From NCBI GenBank assembly GCA_001786575.1, contig MFRW01000005.1:23581-87580 (forward strand): DNA of 64,000 bases, read 5' to 3'. The stretch's first letter is position 1, and the number at the start of each line of letters is the position of its first letter. The notes beneath the pieces were generated by a model. That model had not been told where the DNA came from. It ran no database searches and saw only the letters and a list, made by a program, of their open reading frames with translations. Source of the DNA: Candidatus Moranbacteria bacterium RIFCSPHIGHO2_01_FULL_55_24. Its GTDB lineage: Bacteria > Patescibacteriota > Minisyncoccia > Moranbacterales > UBA1568. Below, in pieces: positions 36,338 through 46,716 of this stretch. The position numbers were made by a program, and so were the translations under genes.

Positions 36338-37903
36338 TTACGTCAGAAGAGAGAGCAGGCTGGTGCCGTTCATCTCGGCAGGCTTCTCGAGACTCATGAT
36401 CTCGAGGATGGTCGGGGCGACATCGGAGAGGAGGCCGTTCACTTCGTTCTGCTCGCGCGTCATCTGTTCGGCGTTTTTCTCGCGCTGGTTGTCCGGCGTG
36501 ATGTACCAGAGGGGAATCGGATTGGTGGAGTGTTCCGTATCGATCTCGCCCGTCGCATGCTTCTTCAACTCCTCGACGTTGCCGTGGTCGGAGGTGATGA
36601 TGATCGCCGCACCGGCTTTCAAGAGTGCGGGAATGAGGATGGAGAGACTCTTGTCAGTGGCTTCGACGGCTTCGATAGAAGCTTCTTCGTTCCCGGTGTG
36701 CGCCACCATGTCCGGGTTGGCATAATTGACCAGGATGAAATCATACTCGTTCTTCTCTACGGCTGCGATGAGCGCTTCGGTAATCTGGGGCGAACTCATT
36801 TCCGGGATTTCATCGAAGCGCGCGACTGACGGCGAAGGGATGAGCATGCGGTCTTCTCCGGCAAAGGCTTTTTCATTGCCGCCGTTGAAGAAGTAGGTGA
36901 CGTGCGCGTACTTCTCGGTTTCGGCGATACGAAGCTGCTTCTTGTTGTTTCGGCTCAAGACCTCGCCCAAGCTGTTCTGGATGTCTTCCGGCGGGAAAGC
37001 GACAGCTACCGGCAGTCCGCGTTCGTACTCGGTCATGGTCGCGAAGAAAAGGCCGCGCTTTTCGCGAGTGAAGCCGCTGAAACTGTCCAGAACGAAAGCC
37101 TGGGTCAGTTCGCGAGCCCGGTCTTCACGGAAATTGAAGAAGATGACCGAGTCGTTGTTTTCGATAAGGGCGACCGGGTGCCCCTTTTCCGTGATGACCG
37201 TCGGTTCGATGAATTCATCGGTGATGTTTTTGGCGTAGGACTGTTCGAGGAAAAGAAGAGGGTCATCGGATTGGTCCCCTTTTCCTTCGGTCAGCATGCG
37301 GTATGACTTCTCGATGCGGTCCCAATTGTTGTTCCGGTCCATGGCGAAGTTCCGGCCGGAGAGGCTCGCGATCTTGCCTACGCCGACGAGGCGCATCTCG
37401 CGGATGAGTTCCTTCAGCTGCTGGATGGCGGCCGTCGGTGCCGAATCGCGGCCGTCGGTGAAGATATGGACGTAGACATCTTCGAAGTTCTCTTTCTTGG
37501 CGAGTTTCAGGAGCGCCAGCAGGTGGTCCCTGTGGGAATGCACGCTTCCGGAGCTGACGAGTCCCATCAGATGGAGCTTGCTCTTCTTTTCTTTGGCTTG
37601 GTTGATGGCTTCGAGAAGGACGGCGTTCTGGTAGAAACTTTCATCCTGGATGGCAAGCGAAATGCGCGGCATGTTCTGGTAGATGACGCGCCCGGCACCC
37701 ATGGTCATATGGCCGACTTCGCTGTTGCCGGAGGTATTCCAAGGAAGGCCCACGGAGATTCCGGAGGCCTGCAGAGTGGTCATCGGGTAGTAGCGATTCA
37801 GGGCATCGAAGGTAGGGAGCGTCGCTTCGCGGATCGGATTGCCTTGGACGGTATTGCTCAACCCCCAGCCATCAAGCACGATCAATACGACAGGTCGGTA
37901 CAT
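36338..37903 (-). CDS. gpmI: 2,3-bisphosphoglycerate-independent phosphoglycerate mutase
   Basis: VVLIVLDGWGLS, metal-binding Ser region SGNSEVGHMTMGAGRV, full iPGM length. Confidence 0.9.
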   Translation of the reverse strand: MYRPVVLIVLDGWGLSNTVQGNPIREATLPTFDALNRYYPMTTLQASGISVGLPWNTSGNSEVGHMTMGAGRVIYQNMPRISLAIQDESFYQNAVLLEAINQAKEKKSKLHLMGLVSSGSVHSHRDHLLALLKLAKKENFEDVYVHIFTDGRDSAPTAAIQQLKELIREMRLVGVGKIASLSGRNFAMDRNNNWDRIEKSYRMLTEGKGDQSDDPLLFLEQSYAKNITDEFIEPTVITEKGHPVALIENNDSVIFFNFREDRARELTQAFVLDSFSGFTREKRGLFFATMTEYERGLPVAVAFPPEDIQNSLGEVLSRNNKKQLRIAETEKYAHVTYFFNGGNEKAFAGEDRMLIPSPSVARFDEIPEMSSPQITEALIAAVEKNEYDFILVNYANPDMVAHTGNEEASIEAVEATDKSLSILIPALLKAGAAIIITSDHGNVEELKKHATGEIDTEHSTNPIPLWYITPDNQREKNAEQMTREQNEVNGLLSDVAPTILEIMSLEKPAEMNGTSLLSLLT

Positions 37904-37953
37904 GGTATTTGTTTTCGGCTTAATGATTGCATCATAGCATCCATTTTAGGCTT

Positions 37954-37982
37954 TTGACAAAAGCATTTTCCGGGATTATCAT
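37954..37982 (+). promoter_or_regulatory. sigma70-like promoter TTGACA-17nt-TATCAT upstream of rny
   Basis: -35 TTGACA at 37954-37959 and -10 TATCAT at 37977-37982. Confidence 0.4.
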
Positions 37983-38176
37983 CCTTATACAGGCTTAAAT
38001 TACTCATTTTTGCATGTACCGGAATATTTCGGGAAACGACCTGGTTTATATCAGTCTTATGACGCATCTTTTCTCACTCAATCAAATAAATCAGCAGAGA
38101 AAACTCGCCTCCGGCAAGGGGAGCGAGCGTGCCTGGTCGGCTTCCTTGGGTTTCTGGTCCGTTGCAGAGCACACCT

Positions 38177-39706
38177 ATGGAATCACTTATCCCTATCCTG
38201 CTTTCAGCGGTCGCGCTGGGGGTGGGTATCTTTTTGGGCTATCTTGTCCGTCAGAATCTCGCTAAGAAGCAGCTTTCGACCGCCGAAGGTCAGGCGGCCA
38301 AAATGATCGAAGAGGCCGAGAAGAAGGTCCAAGAGATGACTCTTGAGGCCAAGAATCAGGCTGTCCAAATCCTCGAGGACGCCAAGAAAGAAGAGAAGAT
38401 CCGCGAGGAGAAACTCTTGAACCAGGAAGCGCGGATCGAGAAGCGCGAAGAGCAGGCCGAACAGCTCCACCAGGAGAACGAGACCGAGAAGAAGCGCATC
38501 TTGGAAAAGGCAGAGGAAATAAAGGCGATTCAGAAGGATACGGAAGCGCTCCGGAGCCAGGAGATGGAGAAGCTCGAAAAGATTGCTGCCCTTCCGAAGG
38601 AGGAGGCCGCGCAAGAGCTCTTCCGTCTGGTAGAAGAAGAAAGCAAGGAGGCGCTGGTGAAGCGCATGTCGAAGCTGGAACGCGAGAGCCACGAGGAACT
38701 GGAAAAGCGCTCTCTCAATATCATGGCGACGGTTATCCAGAAGTATTCCCGTTCGCATGTCTCTGAATTTACGACCACGACCGTCCAGATCCCTTCGGAC
38801 GAAGTGAAAGGGAAGATCATCGGCAAGGAAGGGCGGAATATCCGCGCCTTGGAGAAGGAGACAGGCGTCGAGCTGATCGTAGACGATACGCCGGAGACGG
38901 TGATCATCTCGGGCTTCGATCCGGTGCGGCGCGAGATCGCGAGGATCGCGCTTGAGAAGCTGGTCAGCGACGGCCGTATCCACCCGGCTCGCATCGAAGA
39001 AGCGGTAGAGGAGGGAAAGAAAGAAATCGACCAGAAAATCAAGGAAGCCGGCGAGGCCGCGGCCTATGACGCCGGTATCGCGGGGCTCCACCCGAAGCTT
39101 CTCTATATATTGGGACGCCTGCGTTACCGCTATAGCTACAAGCAGAATGTGCTCCTGCACTCGCTCGAAGTATCGTACCTGGCCGGAGCGCTCGCAGCCG
39201 AGCTCGGAGCGGACGTCGCCTGCGCCAAGAAGGCGGGACTCCTCCACGATATCGGCAAGGCGGTGGACCATGAGATCGAGGGCACGCACGTGAAGATCGG
39301 CATGCGCATCCTGGAGAAGTTCGGCTTGGGCCAGAACGTCATCGATGCGATGAAGTGCCACCACGACGAATACCCTCATCAGACCATCGAATCGTTCATC
39401 GTGACGGCCGCTGACGCTATTTCTGCCGCTCGTCCGGGCGCTCGCAAGGAAACGGCAGAGAAGTACATCAAGCGCCTGCAGGAACTGGAAGCGCTCATCA
39501 ATACCTTTCCGGAGGTAGAGAAGTCCTATGCTATCCAGGCCGGCCGCGAAGTGCGCATCTTCGTCAATCCGGAGAAGACCGACGACTTGGGCGCTATGAA
39601 GCTCGCTCGCGATATCGCCAAGCGCATCGAGGAAGAACTCAAGTATCCGGGTGAAATCAAAGTGAATGTGTTCCGCGAGACTCGCGCCGTGGAGTACGCC
39701 AGATAA
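38177..39706 (+). CDS. rny: ribonuclease Y
   Basis: N-terminal TM helix ([21 protein letters not shown]), long coiled coil, KH domain ([26 protein letters not shown]), HD domain (LLHDIGKA...H). ATG at 38177. Confidence 0.85.
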   Translation: MESLIPILLSAVALGVGIFLGYLVRQNLAKKQLSTAEGQAAKMIEEAEKKVQEMTLEAKNQAVQILEDAKKEEKIREEKLLNQEARIEKREEQAEQLHQENETEKKRILEKAEEIKAIQKDTEALRSQEMEKLEKIAALPKEEAAQELFRLVEEESKEALVKRMSKLERESHEELEKRSLNIMATVIQKYSRSHVSEFTTTTVQIPSDEVKGKIIGKEGRNIRALEKETGVELIVDDTPETVIISGFDPVRREIARIALEKLVSDGRIHPARIEEAVEEGKKEIDQKIKEAGEAAAYDAGIAGLHPKLLYILGRLRYRYSYKQNVLLHSLEVSYLAGALAAELGADVACAKKAGLLHDIGKAVDHEIEGTHVKIGMRILEKFGLGQNVIDAMKCHHDEYPHQTIESFIVTAADAISAARPGARKETAEKYIKRLQELEALINTFPEVEKSYAIQAGREVRIFVNPEKTDDLGAMKLARDIAKRIEEELKYPGEIKVNVFRETRAVEYAR

Positions 39707-39858
39707 GGACCATTCCAAGAAATGGCTTATCTATTGCATTCTCTGGAAAAAAGGCTTAGAATCAGGGACAGGAGGATAACTTGCACTTTCGGCTCTTCTC
39801 GCTGTTCCGTACGGGGCAGGAAGAAAGAAAGTCTAAACTAGAAAGGCAGGTGGGAAGC

Positions 39859-40140
39859 ATGAAAAACATAAATAAGGACGCTCTCGTACACGCTCTCGTT
39901 GAAAAGACGGATCTTTCGAAGAAAGATGTTGAAGCAGTACTCGAGTGCATAATCGACCAGATCACGAGCGAACTCCGTCAGGGGAACAAGGTGACTCTCA
40001 CCGGTTTCGGAACTTTCAAGGTTTCGAATCGCGCCGCTCGCGAAGGTATCAACCCGCAAACCAAGGCCAAGATCACCATCCCGGCCATGACTGTACCGAA
40101 GTTTACTGCTGGCAAGACTCTGAAAGAAGCAGTAAAGTAG
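39859..40140 (+). CDS. hup: DNA-binding protein HU
   Basis: MKNINKDALVHALVEKTDLSKKDVEAVLECIIDQITSELRQGNKVTLTGFGTFKVSNRAAREGINPQTKAKITIPA. ATG at 39859. Confidence 0.9.
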   Translation: MKNINKDALVHALVEKTDLSKKDVEAVLECIIDQITSELRQGNKVTLTGFGTFKVSNRAAREGINPQTKAKITIPAMTVPKFTAGKTLKEAVK

Positions 40141-40183
40141 CCAACGCCGTCTTTTGAAAGACGGTAAAACAAAAGATAGGGCT

Positions 40184-40214
40184 GGAACCTGCCATACGGC
40201 AGGTTCTTGCTTTT
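40184..40214 (+). terminator. rho-independent terminator after hup
   Basis: Stem GGAACCTGCC/GGCAGGTTC with loop ATAC, followed by TTGCTTTT. A smaller hairpin (CCGTCTTT/AAAGACGG) precedes it. Confidence 0.5.
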
Positions 40215-40280
40215 CCTGATTGACTGGAGGCTTTCTTTCGGCTAGACTTGGGAAAGTCTTTCCGAAAACCGGGACTTTAA

Positions 40281-40351
40281 CGGGGCGTAGTATAGTGGCA
40301 GTACGAGTGGTTTGGGACCATTTAGTCTGGGTTCGATTCCCAGCGCCCCGA
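40281..40351 (+). tRNA. tRNA-Pro (anticodon TGG)
   Basis: CGGGGCG acceptor. Anticodon stem AGTGG, loop TTTGGGA, CCATT. GGTTCGATTCC T-arm. The next gene's ATG is 2 nt downstream. Confidence 0.8.
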
Positions 40352-40352
40352 C

Positions 40353-41375
40353 ATGAAAAAGGTAGTCACCATCGGCGGAGGAACCGGGAGCTTCATGCTC
40401 TTGTCAGGGCTCAAGAAATATCCGATTGAGCTCTCGGCCATCGTCTCCATGGCGGATGATGGCGGATCGACAGGAATCCTGCGGGATGAGCTCGGTGTCC
40501 TCCCGCCTGGCGACGTGCGCCAGTGCCTGGTAGCGCTTTCGGATTCTTCCGACATGCTTCGGAAGCTCATGAACTACCGTTTTGCCGATGGCGGGCTTTC
40601 CGGGCATAGCTTCGGGAATCTCTTCCTCTCGGCTCTGGAGAAGATTACCGGGGATTTCACGGATGGCGTCTTGGAAGCGGCACAGATCTTGAATGTCAAA
40701 GGCGAGGTGGTTCCGGTGACGTCCGCTGACACGAATCTGAAGGTGGAACTCCGGAACGGAACGGTCCTTGCCGGCGAGCACGAGATCAATACGAACAAAA
40801 AGATCGGGAAAACAGGCATCAAGAAGGTATTCCTCGCACCCCGAGCCAAAGCGAACAAACAAGCGATAAAGAAGATCCTCGAGGCCGACCTCATCGTCAT
40901 CGGTCCGGGAAACCACTATTGCAGCATCCTGCCGAATCTCCTGGTGGCAGGCATCCCGGAAGCGATCCGCAAGTCCCGGGCCAAAGTCGTGTATAATTGC
41001 AACCTGGTAAACAAGCGCGGCCATACGGACGGGTTCTCTCTCCATGACTATGTGCGCGAGATCAACGGGTTCTTGGGTGGGGAGCGCATCGACTTCGTGA
41101 CATTCAATACCAAGGAGCCTTCCCCGGCCCTCGTGCGCCGCTACAGCGAGGAGGACGGGGAACTGGTTACTTTCGAGAGCGAAAGCGATCCGAGCCGCCG
41201 GTACCGGGTAATCCGGGCAGACCTGTTGAGCCGCTCGCGGACCCGTTTCGACAAGGCAGACAAGATTGCAGCCGCGCGCTCTTTTATCCGTCATGATGCG
41301 GATCGTTTGGCAAAAGTGCTCGTCATGCTCTTGGAGCTCGGGGAATACGAGAGCATCATCCGGGAAATCGTCTAG
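40353..41375 (+). CDS. yvcK: YvcK/UPF0052 family gluconeogenesis factor (CofD-like)
   Basis: VTIGGGTGSFMLLSGLKKY, IVSMADDGGSTGILRDELGVLPPGDVRQCLVALS. Confidence 0.8.
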   Translation: MKKVVTIGGGTGSFMLLSGLKKYPIELSAIVSMADDGGSTGILRDELGVLPPGDVRQCLVALSDSSDMLRKLMNYRFADGGLSGHSFGNLFLSALEKITGDFTDGVLEAAQILNVKGEVVPVTSADTNLKVELRNGTVLAGEHEINTNKKIGKTGIKKVFLAPRAKANKQAIKKILEADLIVIGPGNHYCSILPNLLVAGIPEAIRKSRAKVVYNCNLVNKRGHTDGFSLHDYVREINGFLGGERIDFVTFNTKEPSPALVRRYSEEDGELVTFESESDPSRRYRVIRADLLSRSRTRFDKADKIAAARSFIRHDADRLAKVLVMLLELGEYESIIREIV

Positions 41376-41434
41376 AGAGAGGCTTTGACGAGGGGAGAAT
41401 TGCCCCGTACAATAGGAGGGAACTGAAAACACCT

Positions 41435-42166
41435 ATGCAGACACTTACATTCAAGAAGCGCGAAGATGCCGCTGCCGGAACCGCGACATTTTTTTTTGAA
41501 AAGCCGGAGAACTTCGTTTTTCTCGCCGGCCAGTATGTAGCCATCAAGCTCGATAACCTCGTGGCTCCGGATACGCGAAGCGGCGCCCGTTCCCTCTCCA
41601 TTTCTTCCGCGCCGTTCGAGGAAGACCTCGCTTTTACGGTAAGAGGCGGCGACAGCGGCTTCAAGCAGACTCTTTGGAAACTCGAGCCGGGCGATACGGT
41701 TTCGATCACTCCTCCGGTCGGACGGTTCGTACTCGAGCCGGGCGATACCCGTCCGGTCGTATTCTTGGTCGGCGGGGTCGGCATCACACCCGCCCGGAGT
41801 ATCCTCAAGCAGGCGGAGCACGAGGGTGATACCCGCCCGTTCGTCCTCCTGTATGCCAATCGCACGCTGCCGGACGCGCCATTCGCCGAGGAGCTTCGCA
41901 GCCTTAAGCTCGGGAATTTCCGGTATGCCGATGTCTTGAGCCAGGAGTCCTCTCCGAGCCAAGGCGAGTTCGATGAGCGCGGATACATCACCACAGAGGT
42001 ACTGAAGCGTCATGTGGACAAGATCGCTGATTCCCTGTACTATATCGTGGGTTCACCGAGCTTTATCGAGGCTATGGAAAAGATGCTTGATAGCGTCGGA
42101 GTGACCAAAGAACAGCGGCATAAGGACCCGTTTACGGGTCTCGGCTCCGCAAATCTGAAAGCGTAA
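41435..42166 (+). CDS. FAD/NAD(P)-binding oxidoreductase (ferredoxin-NADP reductase-like fold)
   Basis: FAD-binding R-x-(Y/L)-S motif RSLSISSAP. GGxGITP-type NAD-binding motif VFLVGGVGITPARSIL. Confidence 0.55.
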   Translation: MQTLTFKKREDAAAGTATFFFEKPENFVFLAGQYVAIKLDNLVAPDTRSGARSLSISSAPFEEDLAFTVRGGDSGFKQTLWKLEPGDTVSITPPVGRFVLEPGDTRPVVFLVGGVGITPARSILKQAEHEGDTRPFVLLYANRTLPDAPFAEELRSLKLGNFRYADVLSQESSPSQGEFDERGYITTEVLKRHVDKIADSLYYIVGSPSFIEAMEKMLDSVGVTKEQRHKDPFTGLGSANLKA

Positions 42167-42230
42167 AGAAGCGGGCGTCGTGCTCATAATCAGCGGCTCA
42201 TTATATCAGCCAAGGATCCAGAGCGACAGT
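42167..42230 (+). repeat. degenerate partial duplicate of the 5' half of the downstream tRNA-Gly(TCC) plus 5 nt of its upstream flank
   Basis: aagaagcgggcgtcgt...ggctcattatatcagcc recurs at 42254 (intact tRNA). The copy has gctc/cagc insertions and diverges after the anticodon stem. Confidence 0.6.
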
Positions 42231-42258
42231 CAAAAATAAAATTGAATATTTCTAAGAA

Positions 42259-42331
42259 GCGGGCGTCGTATAATGGCTCATTATATCAGCCTTCCAAGCT
42301 GAGGACGTGGGTTCGATTCCCATCGCCCGCT
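42259..42331 (+). tRNA. tRNA-Gly (anticodon TCC)
   Basis: GCGGGCG acceptor. Anticodon stem TCAGC, loop CTTCCAA, GCTGA. GGTTCGATTCC T-arm. CGCCCGC 3' acceptor. Confidence 0.7.
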
Positions 42332-42462
42332 CAATAAGTAACAAAAGGCGTCTTCAGAGACGCTCTTTGTTATTTTTCGGGCGATAAGGGAATCGAATGC
42401 CGCGAGTCAAAAAAGAAGCTTTTTCTTTCCGAATCGAGGGTGTATACTGGATACCCAAGAGT

Positions 42463-43728
42463 ATGTCTTCCTTAATCGCTTTTTTCAGCCGTTTTCCCCG
42501 CAAGAGCCGCGCCGTCTTCGGGACGGGAGCTCTTCTTTTGGCGCTTAGCAGCTGGTATGTTTTCGATCCTGCATCTTCCGGGGAAGGGTTCGTAGCAAGC
42601 GTCCAGAGAGAGGAAGAAAATACGAGTACTCTCTCTGATTGGGTCGACGAGAAGCCGATCGTAACAGACGAGGCGAATGGTGTCCCGCAGCCGGAAGGCG
42701 AGGAAGCGTTCCCGGTCCTGCCTCCGCCACCGGCGCCATCGCTTGCGCGGATGAAAACCCAAGGCTGTGTGGCCGACGGATTCCTTTCCGGTTACGGCGG
42801 CGATGTGAACAGTTCGATCGCGCTCATCAACCGCTCGCAGTGCTACTATCTCCACCGCGCGCTCGAGACTTGGCTCCGACCGCCGGATTTCAAACTCGCC
42901 AGAAAGATCCAGTCCAAAGTCACGAAGCCCAATACCGTCTACGGGATGTTCATTGCGGAAGCGATCGATACCAAGTCGAATTACTTTTATCCGGCCGAGA
43001 AGCGGGATTTCGAATTTGCCGAGATGTGCCGCCAGGGCAGCAAGAATTTCTGGGGCGAACATACCTGCAAACCGTCCCTGGAGCGCGAGGAGTACCGGAA
43101 ATATCTGCGCTCCATCACCGAGTCTGCGATGGATATGAATGTGCAGGTGTTCCTCTTCGGCCAGGTCTTCTACCAGGATGCCGGAGATCTTTCGCATTCG
43201 ATCATGCCGGAGGTTATCCGCGAGATGCGCGAGTATGCGGATTTCCGCGGGATAGACATCCTGATCGGCGCGCAGACCAACGATATCGCCGATGAGGCCT
43301 ATCTTCGCCAATTCGACTTCATCGAGGGCGGCGTGGGGCTTTCTCAAGAAGGCCGCGTCGAGGAAGGGCCGTGCTTCTCCCGCTGGTACGAGAAGCCTGG
43401 CGACTGGTGCTGGGCGCTTCTCTGGAATCAGCGTTTCAAGAGCAAGGCGAACAATGTCTTCGTGCACTTCGACTGGAGCGGGAAAGTCGGCGATGACATG
43501 AGCGTCTTCACGCGGATGACGCAGGATGAGCGCGCCCGGACGCTCCGCGATCTGCGTGCGTACTTCCTGCACCGCGATGTCGGATTCCTCATGCCGGTGC
43601 TTGCGACGCTCCATCGCGACAACAACGGCTGCCACGGAGCCAAGGAGAGATTCTACTCCGCGAGCCGGAAATATACCTGTCAGGACGAAGACGCGATAAA
43701 TGAAATCCTGAAATCCCAGAAGCCGTAA
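42463..43728 (+). CDS. hypothetical membrane-anchored/secreted protein (Cys-containing), unknown function
   Basis: ATG at 42463 with TM/signal LIAFFSRFPRKSRAVFGTGALLLALSSWYVF. Balanced protein-like composition, whereas the antisense ORF 42472-43635 is R/A/L-rich. Confidence 0.45.
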   Translation: MSSLIAFFSRFPRKSRAVFGTGALLLALSSWYVFDPASSGEGFVASVQREEENTSTLSDWVDEKPIVTDEANGVPQPEGEEAFPVLPPPPAPSLARMKTQGCVADGFLSGYGGDVNSSIALINRSQCYYLHRALETWLRPPDFKLARKIQSKVTKPNTVYGMFIAEAIDTKSNYFYPAEKRDFEFAEMCRQGSKNFWGEHTCKPSLEREEYRKYLRSITESAMDMNVQVFLFGQVFYQDAGDLSHSIMPEVIREMREYADFRGIDILIGAQTNDIADEAYLRQFDFIEGGVGLSQEGRVEEGPCFSRWYEKPGDWCWALLWNQRFKSKANNVFVHFDWSGKVGDDMSVFTRMTQDERARTLRDLRAYFLHRDVGFLMPVLATLHRDNNGCHGAKERFYSASRKYTCQDEDAINEILKSQKP

Positions 43729-43754
43729 TCGGAAACCTTTGGTATAATACGAGC

Positions 43755-44090
43755 ATGACAGAAATATTCTCGACGAAAAAATTCCAGCGGCGGGACGAGG
43801 ATTTTGCCTGTGAGCGCTGCGGCGAAACCGTAGCGGGGAATGGCTATACCAATCATTGTCCGAGCTGTCTCTTTAGCAAGCATGTGGATGTCTATCCTGG
43901 CGATCGGTTGGCGACTTGCCAGGGTCTCATGCGGCCGGCAGAGATCGAACTTTCCCAGAACGAATACCGCATTTTGCATCAATGCCTCGAATGCGGATAC
44001 ACAAAGAAAAATAAAATCAGCGAGCAGGATGATATGGAGGCAGTGATCCGGCTCGCCAAAGACAGCGCTTCACGGGCCGTCCAGGCCTAG
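43755..44090 (+). CDS. RNHCP-domain small Cys-rich protein
   Basis: CERCGE...YTNHCPSCLFSKHVD...CLECGY, i.e. paired CxxC motifs around the N-H-C-P signature. Confidence 0.5.
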   Translation: MTEIFSTKKFQRRDEDFACERCGETVAGNGYTNHCPSCLFSKHVDVYPGDRLATCQGLMRPAEIELSQNEYRILHQCLECGYTKKNKISEQDDMEAVIRLAKDSASRAVQA

Positions 44091-44111
44091 GAAGAAGCCC
44101 TGTTCATATCT

Positions 44112-46655
44112 ATGGATTGGAAACGTTTCGCACTTGAAGACCGGGAGGGCATGTTTGCCGAGTACGGCAGCGGTTCTTCTGGGTTGAGCTTGAAAGAGGC
44201 TCATCTGCGTTTGGAACGCTATGGCAAGAATGCTCTCGAGCCGAAACACTCGATTTTTCTGGAAATACTGAAACGGCGTTTCCGTTCGGCTTTCCTCTAC
44301 CTCCTCCTTGCGGCAGCAGCACTCTCCTTTTTCCTGGGGCAGTTCTTCGAAGCGCTGCTGATCCTCGTGTTCGTCGGCATAAACGTGTCTTTGGAAGTGT
44401 ATCAGGAGTACCACTCGGAAGAAGCGGCCAAGCTTCTGAAGCGTTACCTGGTTATCCGCTCCCGAGTGCGCCGTGCCGGAAAAGTGATGACGATAGAAAG
44501 TTCCCAGATCGTGCCGGGGGATATCATCCTGCTTGAGGTCGGGGATCGTCTGCCGGCAGATGTGCGTTTCTTGGAAACGGCGTTTCTGGAGATAGATGAG
44601 AGCCTCATAACAGGGGAATCCATCGCGGTTTCCAAGACGGATAAGCTCCTGCCGGTGCCGCCTCTCGAGATGTACGAAGCCGCGAATATCGGCTTTGCCG
44701 GAACGGTCGTGACGCATGGGCGCGGCGAAGGCATCGTGTTCGCGACGGGAGATGAGACAGCGCTCGGCGATATCGCGCACCTTGCCGAAACGACCGAGCG
44801 CGAAACGGTATTCGAGAAGGAGATAACGCAATTCAGCCGCTTCATCCTGAAACTGGTTTTCTTCACGCTTGCCATTATCTTCATCGCGAACATCTTCATC
44901 AAGGGCAGCGAAGTGAATGCCATCGAGTTCCTCGTCTTCACGCTGGCCCTCGCGGTATCCGTCGTTCCCGAGGCGCTTCCAGTGATCCTGACGGTTGCAC
45001 TCTCGCGCGGAGCGCTCCGTTTGGCGCAGAAAAAAGTGATCGTCAAGCGCCTGTCGGCCATCGAAGATCTCGGAAGCATCGAAGTGCTCTGCACGGACAA
45101 GACCGGGACGCTGACGGAGAATCTCCTTTCCGTGAGAGATGTCTTTTCAGAAAAGAAGGAACATTGCCTGGAAGCGGCGTTCCTGGCCTGTCTCGAAGTA
45201 CCGGAGAAGCGGGGACTGCTCCACGATGCCTTCGATCTCGCGCTCTGGCAGAAGCTTTCGCACGCGAAGCGCGAAGAACTCGCTTCACAGGAACGCTACG
45301 AAGTGCTTCCCTTCGATCCTGCACGGCGGCGGAATGGCGTGGTGGCAGACGTTCAGGGGGAAACGAGGCTTATCGTCCGAGGCGCTCCGGAAGAAGTGTT
45401 CCGGCTCTGTCGCGATGTGGATCTCTACCACGAACGGAGCCTCATGCAGTGGGTGAAGGAAGCCGGCCGCAGGGGAGAGCGGGTGCTCGCAGTCGCTTCC
45501 AAGACGCTTCCCCGGTATGAGCGCGGGAAGGTCCACGAAGACCATCTGGAATTCCTGGGACTCATCAGTTTTTCGGATAGCCTGAAGCCGACAGCGATCC
45601 AGACGATAGAGCGGGCCCGCGCGCTCGGCGTCCAAGTGAAGATCCTGACCGGTGATGGCCGGGAAGTGGCAGGCGCGGTCGGATATGCTATCGGACTCCT
45701 TTCCGATCCGGAGCAGGCGCTGACCTGGAAGGATCTGGAGGCCATGTCCCCCATCGAGCGCCGGGAAGCGGTGTTTCGGGGATCCGTTTTCGCTCGGGTC
45801 TCGCCTCGGGAAAAATACGAAATCCTGAAGATTCTCAAAGAGAAGCACGAGGTCGGATTCTTAGGCGAGGGAATCAATGACGCTCCAGTACTCAAGCTCG
45901 CGAATGTCGCCCTGGTGGTTTCGCACGCGTCGGATATCGCCCGGGAAGCCGCCGACGTGGTTCTGCTTGATAAGAATCTCGAGACGATCATCGATGGCAT
46001 CGGCGAGGGCCGCAAGATCTTCGCGAATATCCTGAAGTATCTGAAGATCACGCTCACTTCGAATTTCGGGAATTTCTATTCAGTCGCGCTCGCGTCTCTC
46101 ATGCTTCCCTTCGTACCGCTTCTCCCGACCCAGATCCTCCTTCTGAACCTGCTTTCGGATTTCCCGATGATCGCCATCGCGACCGATAACGTAGATACCG
46201 AAGAGTTGGAGATGCCGAAGAATTACCAGGTGCATTCTATCGTGCTCTTCGCTACTTTTTTCGGAATCATCAGTTCCGTCTTCGATTTCACATTGTTCGG
46301 GATCTTCGCGCAGTTCTCGGAAGCGACACTCCAGACCGCCTGGTTCCTCTTGAGCATCGCGACAGAGATCGTCCTCATCTTCTCGCTCCGCTCGAGGAAG
46401 CCTTTTTTCCGGGCAAAGCGGCCGCCGTTCCTCCTGCTCTACCTCTCTCTCGTCGTATTCGCCATAGCGTTCGCGCTGCCATTCACGCCGTTCGGCGACC
46501 GGCTCGGCTTCATCCAGCCGAATCCGTTCTTCCTGCTTCTGGTGGTGGCGCTGGTTGCCGCCTACTTCTTCGCGACCGAGGCCCTGAAGCGTTTCTATTA
46601 CCAGCATTTCCAGGAAGGCCGCTTCGCTTTCGATCCGAAAGCCGATTCCCGTTAG
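44112..46655 (+). CDS. cation-transporting P-type ATPase (P2/P3-like; Mg2+/Ca2+ type)
   Basis: Phosphorylation site CTDKTGTLTEN. TGD (KILTGDGREVA). Hinge GEGINDAPVLKLANVALV. 10 TM helices. Cation_ATPase_N-like N-terminus. Confidence 0.85.
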   Translation: MDWKRFALEDREGMFAEYGSGSSGLSLKEAHLRLERYGKNALEPKHSIFLEILKRRFRSAFLYLLLAAAALSFFLGQFFEALLILVFVGINVSLEVYQEYHSEEAAKLLKRYLVIRSRVRRAGKVMTIESSQIVPGDIILLEVGDRLPADVRFLETAFLEIDESLITGESIAVSKTDKLLPVPPLEMYEAANIGFAGTVVTHGRGEGIVFATGDETALGDIAHLAETTERETVFEKEITQFSRFILKLVFFTLAIIFIANIFIKGSEVNAIEFLVFTLALAVSVVPEALPVILTVALSRGALRLAQKKVIVKRLSAIEDLGSIEVLCTDKTGTLTENLLSVRDVFSEKKEHCLEAAFLACLEVPEKRGLLHDAFDLALWQKLSHAKREELASQERYEVLPFDPARRRNGVVADVQGETRLIVRGAPEEVFRLCRDVDLYHERSLMQWVKEAGRRGERVLAVASKTLPRYERGKVHEDHLEFLGLISFSDSLKPTAIQTIERARALGVQVKILTGDGREVAGAVGYAIGLLSDPEQALTWKDLEAMSPIERREAVFRGSVFARVSPREKYEILKILKEKHEVGFLGEGINDAPVLKLANVALVVSHASDIAREAADVVLLDKNLETIIDGIGEGRKIFANILKYLKITLTSNFGNFYSVALASLMLPFVPLLPTQILLLNLLSDFPMIAIATDNVDTEELEMPKNYQVHSIVLFATFFGIISSVFDFTLFGIFAQFSEATLQTAWFLLSIATEIVLIFSLRSRKPFFRAKRPPFLLLYLSLVVFAIAFALPFTPFGDRLGFIQPNPFFLLLVVALVAAYFFATEALKRFYYQHFQEGRFAFDPKADSR

Positions 46656-46716
46656 CGCGGGCAAAGAAAAACAGGAGAGCTATCTCCTGTTTTTTTTATT
46701 CCTTCCTTTCCGGAAT

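Noticed and set aside
38204-39718. 504-aa minus-strand ORF opposite rny
   Set aside because: RNase Y KH and HD motifs are on the plus strand.
40404-41432. 342-aa minus-strand ORF opposite yvcK
   Set aside because: Antisense shadow.
42472-43635. 387-aa minus-strand ORF opposite the 42463-43728 hypothetical
   Set aside because: It is highly Arg/Ala/Leu-rich, whereas the plus-strand product has balanced composition and a TM/signal anchor. Confidence in the plus-strand call is only moderate.
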